Below are positions 37,594-51,090 of a DNA stretch of 64,000 bases, one piece after another. The translations under genes and the position numbers were made by a program. How positions within the stretch are numbered: the stretch's first letter is position 1; every line of letters begins with the position of its first letter. Under the pieces are notes generated by a model that saw nothing but the letters and a program-made list of their open reading frames with translations, did not search any database and was not told where the DNA came from. Source of the DNA: Narcine bancroftii (Eukaryota); the NCBI RefSeq assembly GCF_036971445.1, contig NC_091476.1, forward strand, positions 92,132,001 through 92,196,000, written 5' to 3'.

Positions 37594-38169
37594 AATAAAT
37601 CATTGTTATTTAAACAACTGTTAATAGTGTTTTTAACCACTTTTATGCTTTTTAAAAACCTGGTATTTAGTAATCCAGCTGGGGAAAGGTGGAATACATG
37701 TCTTTCTTCTACGCCATCTTGCCACGCCCCCATTCATTGCAATTGTATGGGCAAGGCTGTCTCTTGGTAAGCTGCTTATTGTAAAATGACAACTCCATTT
37801 AGGGTGACATATTTGTGGTTGAAAGGTTATCTTTTTTAGGAATAAGCCAGTTGTAATCTAAATGAACTGAAATTTGGGCAGCAATTCAGATATTGGGAGA
37901 GCTTTGAAGGGAACATAGAAGGCTAACAACAGTCTATGTTAGCCAGATATATCCTGTATCCCAGATCCTTTTAATTTGATGCCAGGGTTGGAGGAAAGAA
38001 GAAATGTATCTTATCTAATACTTCTAGCAATACAGAAGATGACCATTTGGCCCTATTCTGTGAGTCCATACCTCCCTCTTTATTTAATTTTACTCCAGAA
38101 ACCTATTCTTTCTAACACCTTTTATTTTATTTTTTCTAACTCATTATTTTTTTGGATTGAACCATAATT

Positions 38170-38700
38170 GGCAAAGATTTTCAGATTTATTGTCAGACAT
38201 GGCATCCTATACAACCCTGAGATTCCTTTTTCCTGTGGGCGTGACAGAATTACCACTAACTGGTAGTCCAAAAATAAACTGTACACAGCATAAACATGTA
38301 AACAAATCAAGAACTGTACACAGATAATGTATGTAAACAAACTGACTGCGCAAGCTCGAGAGAACAAAAAGAAAATTAAGTGCACAAGTATGAGTCCTTA
38401 AATGACTCTCTGACTTTGTCATAGGGAGTCTGATAGTGGAGGGGTAGCTGCTGTTCCTGACCCTGGTGGTGCAAGTCTTGTGACACCTATACCTCTTTCC
38501 TGATGGCAGCAGTGAGAAGAGAGCATGTGCTGGGTGGCATGGGTCTTTGATGTTTGTTGCTGCTCTCCGACGGCAGTGTTCCCTATAGATGTACTCAATA
38601 ATGGGGAGGGTTTTGCCTGCGATGTCCTGTGCTGTATCCTCCTCCTTTGAGGGCTTTATTCTCAGGGGTAGTGGTGTTCCCATACCAGACTGTGATTTTA
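38170..38700 (-). mobile_element. Rex1/Babar-type LINE 3' end
   Basis: DPCHPAHALFSLLPSGKRYR motif, homologous to 19000-19480 and 46100-46500. Confidence 0.85.
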
Positions 38701-39329
38701 CCAGCCGGCATTTATTGATTATTCCTAATTGTTCTTGAGACGGTGATGGTCATTCTTCCCTCCGCCACCTGCCCCCCACTCCTCAAATTCATGCATTGTG
38801 GCTGTCCTTTGGTGAAAGTGCAATCGATAGGGAGTTCCAGGGTTTACGGTCAACCTCGATGAAGAATCAGCAAATCACTTCCAAGCCAGGAAGGTGGGCG
38901 ACTTCCAGTGGAACTTCCAGGTGCTGGGGTTCTCAAGTGTGCTGCCTTTGTCTTTCTTGGTGGTAGAGTTTCCAGGTCTGAGAAATCCTGTTAGTGGGTA
39001 AGTGCATTTGTCGATGGTAAACACTGCAGCCACTGTATACTGTTGAGGGAATAAATGCTTAGGTGGCTGTTTATGTGCCAACCTATCTTGCTACTTTGTC
39101 CTAAACTTCTTGAAAGCTGGAAGGATGAATTCCAGGTCAATAACGAGTTTTCTATCCACTCCTGACTTGCACATGGTGGAAAGGTCTTGGATTTTAGAAG
39201 GTGAGCTAATGATTGACAGGAGAGTAGTAATTAGCCATATTAGATTTGATATTAGTTAAGGGACATTACTTGGCTAATTTCTGAGGTATATCCCTTTGTC
39301 ACGCACATTGTAAGATCATCACTAATAGG

Positions 39330-39810
39330 CATCACCAGGAGATTTACCTGGATCAGTCCTGGAATGAGGTGGTTTTCCAATCAAGAGAGGTTAGACAGGT
39401 TGAATTTGTATTCCTTGGAAATTAAAATAGTAAGGGGTAAGTTTATTCAAACAAATAAAGTCCTAAGGGGACTTGACAGGGTAGATGTTGAGTTGTTTTC
39501 ACTTGTGGGAGAGTCACGAACAAGACGACATAGCTACAAAGTAAGTACATAGTCATTAAAACTGAGGGGCGTAGAAATCTTTTCGCTCAGACGATAGTGA
39601 ATCTCTGAGATTCTCTGCCCTATGGTTGATAGAGGCCTAATTGTTAGAAATATTTAACTTGGAGAAAGGTAACATTTTGAAAGATCAAGGAATTAAGAGG
39701 GTTATGAAGAATCTGGTGAAGAATCTGGTGAGGCCAGCATATATCAACTATTATTATATTGGATGGTGGAGCAGGATTGAGGCCTAGTATGGCTCTTGTT
39801 TTCTTGAATT
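39330..39810 (+). mobile_element. Old CR1 3' fragment
   Basis: ERLDRLNLYSLE...ESRTRRHS remnant. Confidence 0.75.
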
Positions 39811-40020
39811 CCTGTGTATCTGTACTAGAACAGGTTAGCTCAGTTCAGGGATAGTTCTGGAATGAAAGTCTTCAGTACTAGACCTTGTCTGGTCTAATGG
39901 ACCTTGCAACATCTAGTGTTCTCACCCATTTCCTCATATCACATGCAGTGAATTGGCTGGAGACTGGTTCCTGCATGGTGTGGAACTCAGGAGGAGGCTT
40001 GGATGGGTTATCTGTTTGGA

Positions 40021-40262
40021 ACAGCACCTAACAGACTGAATATGCCTGACAGTGTCTGACCTTGGAAGCTAAGCAGGCTCAGGCCTGGTCAGGTCTGGAG
40101 GAGAGACCGCCCTGGAACACCAGGTGCTGTGGGTTTCTGTGAGGGGCGCTGAACAAAGTGGCAACTCTCTGTCTACCTTACGGTGGACAAAAGTTGAAGA
40201 ATTTCATGTATGGTACATTCTACATGTAGAATTATGTGACAATAATGGAAGCCTTACCTTTA
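40021..40262 (+). mobile_element. 5S rRNA-derived SINE (SINE3-type)
   Basis: 40021-40136 aligns by eye to vertebrate 5S rRNA (ggaagctaagcagg..aggcctggtcag..gagaccgcc..ccaggtgctgt). A non-5S body and tail follow. Confidence 0.85.
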
Positions 40263-40404
40263 ACTGAATTATTGAGCATATCCATAAATTGCCCTTTAAT
40301 GGGAGGAAAAGGTTAAAAAAAATAATCTGGGGTCTGGGAACCATCTGCATTACTATGTGGGTCCCATGACATCAGTGCAATACTTGTGAAACAAGATAGT
40401 TAAC

Positions 40405-40595
40405 AGATGCTGTGATTGTAGTTAATAAACAAAATGTTGGAGAAGTTCAGCAGGACCCACAACGTCCACTGGAGACAAAGATATATGACCAACATTTCAG
40501 GCCCAAGGTCTGCGTTGAAGATAAATATTGGTTATATTTTGTTACTTCCTATGGACACCGCGGGATCTGCTGAGTTTCTCCAGCACTTTTGTGAA
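40405..40595. repeat. Inverted pair of Penelope-type terminal repeats (hairpin)
   Basis: aaaatgttggagaagttcagcagga...tctgctgagtttctccagcacttt. Confidence 0.7.
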
Positions 40596-42559
40596 AAAAG
40601 TGTAATGCTTGTCAAGTTAAAAAGCAAGTTGTTTTTTTTTCACTATCAATTCAGGTGACAAAAATATCACCCTGAGGCAATGGATGCTTGCAGTATTTTA
40701 ACCTGGAGTGCAAAAGGTCTAGAGAAAGAATATTTCAAGTTCATCTCAACCTGGAAACTGAATGTCCCAGGCAGATGAGTGTAACTTAGTGAAGAGAGAT
40801 TAAATAATTAACACTGTCCACTTCTCTGCACCACTGCACATTACACGTTGTCCCAGAAGCACATTCCTGATGGGCACTGCCCATTAATTATCAAGTGCAA
40901 AGTCCACCAAATTAAAAGTGCTCATGTTAAATTTCATGCAGATCCAGCTGTATGTAAGGAGACTGGGGACGGATGATGGGAAAACAGGTGGAGAGGGGTG
41001 AAAGTTGCCAGAGCTTAGGACTGGAGACAGAAGTTGAGGTTGGAATTTGCAATATTTATTGCTGCTCTGGCTGAGGTTAGAGGGAGACTTGGCATTCTCC
41101 TGTGCATAGAATAAACAAAAAGTCAATTACAGTTTACAAACAAGGTTTACAGGCTGTAAACAAACTCCATCTGTTAATGATCACTACCCACTACACATCC
41201 TGTAGTTCTGGTCAGAAATCTTTGGAGCAGGAATTGGACCATAAACTAAACTAGTTGGTCAGAAGGGGCATTTAGGGAATACTGCTGGGTCCTTCCATAG
41301 TACAAGCCATATTTACGGGTCTTGTAGAGAATCAACAACATATTCGTTAGTCCATGGAGCCTGTGCTGATCATCAACTCCCCATTTTTACTCCAATCCCA
41401 CCTGAACCCATCGAATTTTCCTCACATTCCCATTAAACCCAATCTCTTCCCACCAGATTCTACCACCTCTCTATGTGAAAAGGGTGATTTACAGTGGCCA
41501 ATCAATAAACCATTGTTGGGAGATGTGAGGAAACCGCAGGAATCCCATGCAGTCACAGCGAGAATGTACAAAGCCACACAGGTCGATGTACACGCCGTTA
41601 GGTTTAAGGTTGTCCAGTGAGAATATGATGTGTTGGAAGAACTGAACTACTTCTCATTGAGATGGTCAGGTAACATAGCAGCGCAGGCATTTGGCTCAGG
41701 GTGGAGAGCGAGCAAGTAGGTTGGTTTGGATCTGAGGAATACTTGCCTTGATTGGAGTCTGAAGGAATGAGATGCTGGAAGTTTTTTTTTGCTCGTTCTG
41801 CTACTGCAATGGAACAATACACGCTAAATACCTTTGCAAAGACTGCTGATCCTACTGTGAACAGTCACTCTTTATATTGAAAGGCGGGTGCCATCGTGGA
41901 ATTAATTGTTCATTTTGAAGAATTATAGGTAGCCACCTGCCTGAGCAAGTACTTGTGTGGCATTGAGAAATTCACTCCAGTCTGATTAATCTTAATGAGA
42001 GCAGTATCCGACAGGGTTTACCTAACGTGACAGGCAAATATAATTTTAATTTTAATGGTCTAATGTCACTGTAATGTTGTTCCCCGTCAGTGCAATGGCT
42101 ATGAACATGGAATGAATAATTAGCAAAAGTTTCATCACTGAAGTGCAGACAGTATGGAAGTGGAGCCGGGAGCAATTACTGGTACTGCCTCTCAATTTTG
42201 TTTGCAGTTGCCTGGGATGGTTGATTCAGATGAAACCCAAATTGGATTAATGATGTCTGATCCTGATGTGATCTCATCAAATTAATAAGACTTCCCAGAT
42301 GGAACATGACCCACAGGTGACTATCAGACGGAGAGGAACATATCTAGCCTGCAGGCGAATACGACTAAAAAAAAACCCTCCTGACTATTACAATTTGTAT
42401 GGGAGTAAAAGCCTGAGCTGTCAACACTAATCCAGGGTGTGAGAATTCTAGACATGAGTGGACTATACAGCAAGAGTTTCAATATTGTTGCAACTGACAA
42501 AAAAAAACTCTTCCTCTTTGCTCTCCTGCTGCAAGAAATAATCTGAATTTATATATTTT

Positions 42560-42785
42560 TTTAAAAATTTAGATATCAAGCACAGTAACAGGCCATTTCA
42601 GAGTCCATGATGCCCAATTTACCCCCCATTAGCCTACAGTGGGAGGAAACCAGAGCCCCCAAAGAAAACCCACGCAGACAGGGGAAGAACATACAAACTC
42701 CTTACAGACAGCGTGAGATTAGAATCCTGGTCTGGTCCCGATCACTGGGGCTGTAAAGGCGTCGCGCAAACTGCTACACCAACCG
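42560..42785 (-). mobile_element. HE1-like SINE
   Basis: Reverse complement of the 6600-6860 family. Confidence 0.8.
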
Positions 42786-43094
42786 AAATAAAGCATTGGG
42801 TTTTTTTGCAAGTTACCTAAAGCATTTTACTTTAAAAAAAATCTCGTCTGGCATCTCACTTCCGACTCGGTGTAGCACTCCCACATTACAGAACTGGACT
42901 GAAGCCTGCACAAATCCTGGAAATTGAGGCACCAGAATATTGTCTGATACTGCCCTGTGGCCCTGCACACAGCATTTGGGACAAGCCCAAGGCAGAAAGA
43001 AAGCACTTTCCATCCACTTTAGCTCTTTCCTGACTTAAGAGAGGGTTGTATCCCTGGAAAGAAGTTTTGATTTGTGAAATTTCATGAATCAAAA

Positions 43095-43678
43095 TAAAAT
43101 CACAAAAACCAACATACCAAAAAATCCAGAAATTTTTCTTTTAAGTAACATAAGAAGTAAAGAATTAGGTCTCAAATTGGATAAAGAACAAAAAAGATTC
43201 ATTATGATAGCCTTTGCAGTAGCAAAAAAATGTATAATGTCAACTTGGAAAATGGAAGAGAGTCTGAGAATACAGCAATGGTACATGGAAATGAATAAGT
43301 GTATTCCATTGGAAAAAAATAACATATAATTTAAAAAACAAAGTTTCATTGTTTGAACAAATTTGGGAACCGTACATGGAACAAGAGAAAGAGCTTGCCT
43401 CGACCTCCATCTCCTAAAATGATAAGACAAAAACGATTAGATTTAGTGTGTAAAAGTAGATGACACATTTTTCTTGTTTGTTTCTCCCTTGTGTGAAGAT
43501 GATGTTTTATTGTACATGTTTAATATTTATTGGTTTTGGAGGGGGGTGGGAAGGGGGTGGGAGGGAGGGAAGGGGGGAGAAAAGGGGGAAAATGTCACTG
43601 TGTATATTTAATGAGAAACATCTGTACATATTTTGGTTGATATGGTTCATAGTGTGATAAATTTAAAAAATTTAAAAA
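43095..43678 (+). mobile_element. L1-clade 3' end (second family) with G-rich 3' UTR
   Basis: AKKCIMSTWK...W...M...IPLEK C-terminal motif, G-tract at 43538-43590, A-rich tail and possible TSD aatcaaaa. Confidence 0.8.
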
Positions 43679-43775
43679 ATCAAAAGGCTGGATCAAAAAA
43701 AATTGGTCCAGTGATTTCCGTAAAGTTGAAGATTGCATTGTTGTGCGAATTAGATCTGCAAATTAAGGCTAATTA

Positions 43776-43990
43776 GGGTGGCACGATGGTGTAGCAGTCA
43801 GTGCAAAGCCTTTAAAGCACCAGCAATCGGGTCCGGGGTTCCCATCCTGTTTTGCCTGTAAGGGGTTTGTACGTTCTCCCTGTGTTTGCTTGGGTTTTCC
43901 CTGGGGTCTCTGGTTTCCTCCCACTGTTCAAAACGTGCCGGGTTAATGTAGGTTAATTGGGTGGCATGGGCTGAAATGTGCTCTATGTGT
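43776..43990 (+). mobile_element. HE1-like SINE
   Basis: gggtggcacgatggtgtagc head and V-domain-like core. Confidence 0.8.
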
Positions 43991-44830
43991 TAAGGATTAA
44001 GATTACTGTTATTGCCACATAATGATGCATAAAAATGTAAGATATGAGAAATATTTCAACTTTTGTCTGCCATAAGGTAAACAAAGTCATCATGAAAATT
44101 GCTTAATGCTCCTCGCAATAGGAGAAAGAGAAACAAAGAGAATCCCTTCAGAGGCATTGAATATTTGTGGATTTTCCTTCAGTGTTCTATAGCTGACTGC
44201 AGCCACACCGATGCCTGTTCAAACCATTGGTGCCTGAATTTCAGGTCCAAGCCTCCACTATGAATAGGAAGCCTTCAGCGCTCAAGGCTATTTGGGAGCC
44301 CTTCTTGCCCTCAGCACTCTCGCAAATCCCAATTCCAATTCCTGCTTTCTATAAGCCGGTCTCCAGCAATCTGGTTCAAATCCTTTGACCTATGTTGCCA
44401 GTGGCAGCCCACAGGCTGGGTCATTCCTTTAGCCACATGTTGCCAGCGGCCCACAGCCTCTGAAGCCCCTTGCAGGTCCGCCTCCATGATCACCTTCCCT
44501 GACGAGTCATCTCCCATGCTTCTCCTTCTCAACGGGGGTGGGAGGGGGAGTGTTCTTTGCTTGTCCGCTGCTTCCCAGGAGTCTGTAACCCCTCATGGTA
44601 TGTTGCCCAGCACAGGCACCCCCAACGTGGCGACAGACCTCTGTGGTGGCAGGATTTTTAAAAAAATTATCATCATTTTTTAATCGGGCCTTTAAAGCCT
44701 GCACAGAGGAGTTGGCATCAAACGTGGATAGTAGGACCCTGCTGAGCAGTGCTGTGTCTCTGCTCTCTGCTCTCCCTGGTCTGCACCAATGACAGAGCTG
44801 CTATTATAGCAAGCACGGCAGTGGCACCAA
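43990..44830 (-). mobile_element. Unclassified non-autonomous retroposon sharing its 3' end with the 5S-SINE
   Basis: 43990-44090 is the reverse complement of 40165-40260. The body is related to 50340-50835. Confidence 0.55.
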
Positions 44831-45059
44831 TTTTTAAAAAATCAAAGACATGTATTCCAAATTCTATGTATTAAAACTTGCAATTCAAACTATTATAAAT
44901 CAAGGACTATCTATTGTAATTGTGTGGATTATTGAGCTGGTAAACTGAACTCAGATACTTAAATATATGTTGTACAGACACAGGTCCTTCATCCCACCAT
45001 CCATGAGAGCCATCAATTACACCACTTTTGCAAAAATCCCAATTTCATTTTCCCCAATC

Positions 45060-46515
45060 CCATTGTGTCTGTATCTGAGCATGACGTGCCTGCTGTCTTC
45101 AGAAGAGTGAATCCAAGGAAAGCATCCAGCCCAGACAGAAGATCTGGATGAGTATTAAAAATCTGTGCTGACAAACTTACGAATGTATTCATGGACATCT
45201 TCAAAATCTCACTCCAGCAGGGTGTGGAATCCACCGGTTTGAAACAGGAATCAATCAAGAAGAGTATAGTAACCTGTCTTAACGACTATCGACCAGTATC
45301 ACTTACATCAACAGTGATGAAGTGTTTTGAAGGGTTGAACCATATCAGCTCCTGTTTGAGCAGTGATACGGATCCATTCCAGTTCGCCAATTGTAGCAAC
45401 AGGTCCATGGAGGATGCCATCTCACTGGCTCCACACAAAGCCCTGGAACATTGGGACAGCAAAGATGCTCTTTATTGAGTACAGTTCAGCATTTAACACC
45501 ATCATCCCCTCAAAACTGATCAGCAAACTTCAAGAACTGTGTAATTGGATCATGGATTTTCTCACTTCGAGACCACAATCAGTGGAGATTAGTAAGAACA
45601 TCTCCTCCACAATCTCCATCAGAACCGGAGCACCACAGGGATGCATTCTTAGCCCCTGCTCTACTGACTTTACACCAATGACTATGTGGCTCAATACGAC
45701 AATAAAACTATCTACAAATTTGCCAAAAATACCATGGTAGCGGGTTGTATAAAGAAAGGGGTGAGAGAGCATACAGGAGGGAGATTGATAACTTGGCTGA
45801 ATGGTGCAACAACAACCTTGCACTCAATATCACCAAAACTAAGGAGCTGATTGTTGACTTCAGGAAGGGAAAGCCAGAGGTATACAATCCAGTGATCATT
45901 GGGGGATCAGAGGTGGAGAAGGTGAGCAAATTTAAGTTCTTGGGAGTCACTGTCTCAGAGGATCTTTCCTGGACCCAACACACTAATGACATTGTGAAGA
46001 AAGCACATCAGTGCCTCCACTTCTTCGGGAGTTTGCAGATGTTTGATATGACACCATAAACCCTGGCAAATTTCTACAGAGGTGTGGTGTAAAGTGCGCT
46101 GACCAGCTGCATCAGGGTCTGGTCTGGGGACACCAATACCCCTGAGCATAAAGCCCTCCAAAGGTACTGTTCACAACCCAGAACATCTCCACTACTAAGA
46201 ACATCTACAGGGAATGCCGTCAGAGAGTAGCAACGATAATCAAGGATCCACACCACCCATCACACACTCTGTTCTCGCTGCTGCCATCAGGAAAGAGGTA
46301 TAGATGCCGCAAGACTCATACCACCAGGTTCAGTAACAGCTTCTACCCCTCCACCACCAGACTCCTCAACAATAAACTCATTCAGGGACTCACTTAAGGA
46401 CTCTTACTTGTTCACTTTATCAATATTCTCTCTGTGTTGAACTATTTGTTTACATTTGTTATCTGTTTACAGTTCTATTTATTTACATGCATACACTGTG
46501 AACAGCTTTTTTTTG
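45060..46515 (+). mobile_element. Rex1/Babar-type LINE, RT to 3' UTR
   Basis: [34 protein letters not shown] and LNITKTKELIVDFRK. Confidence 0.88.
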
Positions 46516-46519
46516 CAAT

Positions 46520-49225
46520 AGACATTAGGAACTGAAGTAGGCCAATTGGCCCTTCGAGCCAGCACCAGAATTTATTGGATCATGGCTGATCTTTCCCTTT
46601 CAATAACCAATCCCAGCCTTATCCCATAACCCTTAACTCCCCTGCCCACAAGAGCCTTATCCAACTCTCTCTTAAATCTATCCAATGAACCTGCCCCCCA
46701 CTACCCTCTGTGGCAATGTATCCCACAGACCCACAACTCTGGGTAAAAAAATTTCTCCTCATTTCTGTCTTAAATGACCTTCCCTGTATTCTTAAACTTT
46801 GCCCTCTAATCCTAGTCTCACCCATCATTGGGAACTGTGCTCTGATTTCACCCTATCAAGCCCTTTGATAATCATAAATACCTCAATCATGTCTCCCCTC
46901 ATCCTTCTAAACACCATTGCATATAGTCCAAGTCTTTCTAACCTATCCGCATATGACAATCCTGCCATCCCGGGAACTAACTTTGTAAACCTGCACTGCA
47001 CTCCCTCTATAGCAAGTATGTCCTTTCTTAAATATGGGGACCAGAACTGGATGCAATACTCCAGGTGAAGTCTCACCAGGACCCTGTACAACTGCAGGAG
47101 GGCTTCTCTACTCCTATACTCCAATCCCCTCCTTATGAAAGCCAACATACCGTTCGCCTTCTTCACCGCTTGCTGAACTTGAATGCTAGTTTTCAATGAC
47201 TGGTGAACAAGTATACCTTTGCATTACCCCACTCCCTAATTTAACACCATTTAAATAATATTCTGCTCTCTGGTTTCTGCCTCCAAAATGGACAACCTCA
47301 CATTTACTCACATTAAACTTCATCTGCCATCTTTGCACCCATTCCCCTAAACTATCCAAGTCCCCTTGGAATTTCCTGACATCCTCCTCACTCTTTACAT
47401 TCCCACCCAGTTTAGTGTCATCTGCGAATTTGCATATAAAATTATTTATCCCCTCATCCAAATCATTTACACAAATGATAAACAACTGAGGGCCCAACAC
47501 CGACCCTTTCGGGACCCCACTCATCACATCCTGCCATCCAGAAAATGACCTGTTTATCCCAACCCTTTGTTTCCTATTTCTCAACCAATTATCTATCCAT
47601 GACAGAATCCTATCCCCAATACCATGCTCCTTGATTTTGAAAACTAGCCTCCTGTGTGGGACTTTATCAAAGGCTTTCTGAAAGTCCAAGTACACCAAAT
47701 CCACTGACTCTCCCGAGTCCACCCTCCTTGTTACATCCTCGAAAAATTCCAGGAGATGAGTCAAGCAAGATTTTCCTTTAAGGAACCCATGCTGACTAGA
47801 CCTGATACTATTATTCCTTCCTAAGTGTTCTCCTATTTCTCCTTTGATGATGGATTCTAATATCTTCCCCACCACCGACATCAGGCTGACCGGCCTATAA
47901 TTTCCTGTATTCTCTCTCCCTCCCTTCTTAAAAAGTGGTACAAGATCAGCCACTCTCCAGTCTGCAGGCACTTCCCCGGAATCTAAAGAACTTTGGAAAA
48001 TGTCGACTAGTGCTTCCACAATTTCCAGAGCAACCTCTCTAAGCTCCCTGGGATGCAGCCCATCAGGCCCAGGGGACTTATCAGGCCTCAGTTCTAACAA
48101 TTTGCTCACAACCACCTGCTTCTGGATCTGAATATCCACCAAATTCTCTGTTTCCTTCGGTAATTTCACTAAGTCCCTAGGTACTGCTTGACCCCTACCC
48201 CTATTCTGATCATAACCTGTATCCTCCTTGGTGAAAACAGATGCAAAGTAATTGTTAAATTCCTCAGCCAGCTCCATGTCCCCATTGATAATTTCACCTT
48301 TCTCCATTTTCAAGGGCCCAATTTTGGCCCTAACCAATTTCTTCCTTTTAACATATCTGAAGAAGCTTTGGCTATCCCATTTTATATTACTTGCCAATTT
48401 GCCCTCATACTTCATTTTCCCCTCATGAATGACTTTCTGAGTTTCTCTCTGTTGGTTTTTAAAGGCCTCCCAATCCTCTAACCTCCCACTCTGCTTTGCC
48501 ATCTTATACTTATTCCTTTTGGACCTGATACTGCCCTTGATCTCCTTTGTCAGGCACGGCTGCCATTTGCTCTTCGAAGAGCCTTTCCTCCTCTTTGGGA
48601 TGAATCTATTCTGAATCCTGTGAAAAATGTCTAGAAATACCTGCCATTTTTGCCCAGTTGTCCTCCCAGCTAGAATGTCCTTCCATTTTATTTTGGCTAA
48701 CTCCTCCCTCATAGCTGTATAGTCACCCTTATTTAGCTGTAGCACTAATGTTTCTGACTTCCTTCTCTTCTCCCTTTCCATTTGCAGATTAAAAATAATC
48801 ATATTATGGTCACTATTACCTAATGACACCCCTACCTCAAGGTCCCTTATTAACTCCACGTCGTTGCACAGTATCAAGTCCAGAATCGACTTCCCCCGGT
48901 AGGTTCCATCACAAGCTGCTTCAGGAATGTATCTCGGAGACATTCAATAAACTCATTCTCTAGCTTTCCCACACCTACTTGATTTTCCAAGTCCACTTGC
49001 AAGTTGAAGTCACCCATAACGACTGTATCACTACCACTCTGAGTTGCCATTTTTAATTCTTTATTTATACTGATTCCTACATCAGAGCCACTGTTTGGAG
49101 GTCTGTATATAACTCCCATTATGGTTCTTTTGCCTTGCAATTTCTCAACTCTATCCAAACAGACTACTCCACCTGATTCAATGTCTTTCCATCGCCTGAA
49201 TTTAATCCTTCACCAACAGAGCCAC
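46520..49225 (-). mobile_element. CR1 LINE ORF2 (part of the endonuclease and a largely open RT)
   Basis: YRPPN, MGDFN, SDHN, KSPGPDG, NYRPVSL, KAFDKV and FADD, with an open stretch of about 585 codons. Confidence 0.93.
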
Positions 49226-50339
49226 AGTCGGAGTAAAGGCCAGGGAGTCACAAAGCTGTCGAGCCCAAGGAAGAAGTTCCACTCTGTGCTGGATCATAAC
49301 AGGAGGAGCGGCAGCGGACGTTTGGACTGGCCGTATTTTGATCAATGGCACAGCATCTGCGGGACAAGCTGCTCAGCAACACTCTGAATGTGGTCAGTGT
49401 GATGGAGAACCCTGATTCCCCGAGTCATTTCAGGCAGCAACCATCAAGCGCTGATGGTGGAGACCCGCCAGGCAAGGAATATCACCCATTCTTCTCCTCC
49501 CATTAAAGTTGCTTGACACACTGAGCCCCCCCAATTAGATTTGTGTTCTGCTTGAATTTTGGCAAACTACTCTCACACCTTTTTTTTTTGCCATTGTCAT
49601 GCTTATGACCTTTCTCACCTCATTTCTTATTTTCAATGCTTCCCTAATGCTCAGTTCTTATGCAATATGGACTTGTATTATTCTATAACAACTCCTCACC
49701 GCAGCTATAGTTCAAACCCTCCACTATCTCCCTAACTCAGAGGAAGGATCAAACATTAGCTGTTTTCTCCTCCCTCTGATGCAATCCGACTGCCTGAGTT
49801 TTTCAGGCGTTTTTCGTTCTTGGTTCAGATGCCAACTTTTGCAGTTTCATTTGTTTTCTGTTCTGCTTAGGCCATTGAACATAGCCTGCTATGAGTTGTG
49901 TTAAACATTTTTTAACCTCGGAAGAGATATAAATGGAGCTAACCAATTTGAACTCCTGAGCTGATCAGATCACGCCATTGACTGGAATGCACCAAAGGTC
50001 ATTGCTGTGGTGAGGACATCTGAGTTGAAGATATTTCTTCGTGGAATCCCTGGCAGTGAGGCCCAAGAGTAATGTCTTTGGCAGTCACTCCAAACTTTGG
50101 AGATTGTGTCATCTTGACCCTCAATGAGTTTTTCAGTGTGCTTTATGGTCAACAGGCATTGGTTATCAGAACAGACAAACTGGTCAATATGTTGCACTCT
50201 AGGTAACTGAGACTATGTCTTCTTGCCCCAGTTCTCCTACAGAAAATCATCGCCAACAGTCTTCTGCCTCTATCCCCACCTCCTCCCCTCTACCACACCC
50301 CCTGCTTCCCCATCTCCATGCCCAGCCCAGATGATAGCC

Positions 50340-50835
50340 TGGGCTGGGCAGCAGCCACGACAGATTGTAGACCTCAGGGAGCAGAGGACTGCCTCAAAGC
50401 ACCAGAAACAGGGAGAATACCCCACTGTTAAGAAAGAGAAGCATATGAGACAACCCTACAGGATTGGTGACTACAGGAGCGGACCAGCAAGGAGCTCAGT
50501 GGCTGAAGGACCAACAGGCTGCGGGTGACTGGCTCATGGGAACCAGGTATCGGAACCAGGATTCGAGGGGGGGCTGAGGATAAGAAGAGCTCCCAAGAGG
50601 CCTCGGCTACTGAAGGTATTGTAGGTTGGGATCTAGAACTTGGGTTGCAATGGATTAAACAGCAGTCTGTGCAGCTCAGAGGCTGCAGCAGTGCTGGAGA
50701 TGAATCCACAGACATTCAATGACGCTGAAGGGACTCCTTTTGTTTCTCTTTCTCTCTTACTGTAAGGGGCGCCAGGCCTTTGCCTGCCTTTTGTAATATT
50801 ACATTTTCTGTATCATCACACAACAATTAAGGAAT
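50340..50835 (+). mobile_element. Second copy of the unclassified retroposon (related to 43990-44830)
   Basis: Shared motifs ggaaccagga(t)t and gggactc..ttgtttctctttctc, plus tgtaaggggcgc. Confidence 0.5.
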
Positions 50836-50844
50836 TTTGGAAAT

Positions 50845-51090
50845 TTTAAATTTTGCCATACATCACGGCAACAGGTCATTTCAGCCACCCAATTTGCACC
50901 CCATTAAATTACATCCCTGGTATGTTTTTGAACAGTGGGAGGAAATTGGAGCTCCTGAGGAAATCCCACGCAGACAAAGGGAGAACATACAAATTCCTTA
51001 CAGACAGCATAGGATTCGAACCCAGATCCAGTCCCGATCGCTGGCTCTCTAAAGGTGTTGCACTAACCACTATGTCAACCGTGCCACCCT
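50845..51090 (-). mobile_element. HE1-like SINE
   Basis: Family match ending in accgtgccaccc. Confidence 0.8.

Larger units (their letters stand above)
29848..37731 (-). mobile_element. Full-length L1-clade LINE (decayed) carrying two nested CR1 insertions
   Basis: 15-bp TSD attcattgcaattgt at 29833-29847 and 37732-37746, poly(A) tail, ORF1 and ORF2 remnants, and a 5' end GGGGGCGTGGCAAGATGGCG. Confidence 0.93.

Noticed and set aside
40021-40136. Functional 5S rRNA gene
   Set aside because: It is heavily diverged, not in a tandem array, and fused to a retroposon tail.
47186-48943. 585-aa ORF as a host gene or active element
   Set aside because: It is CR1 ORF2 with frameshifts at both ends, and the element is 5'-truncated.
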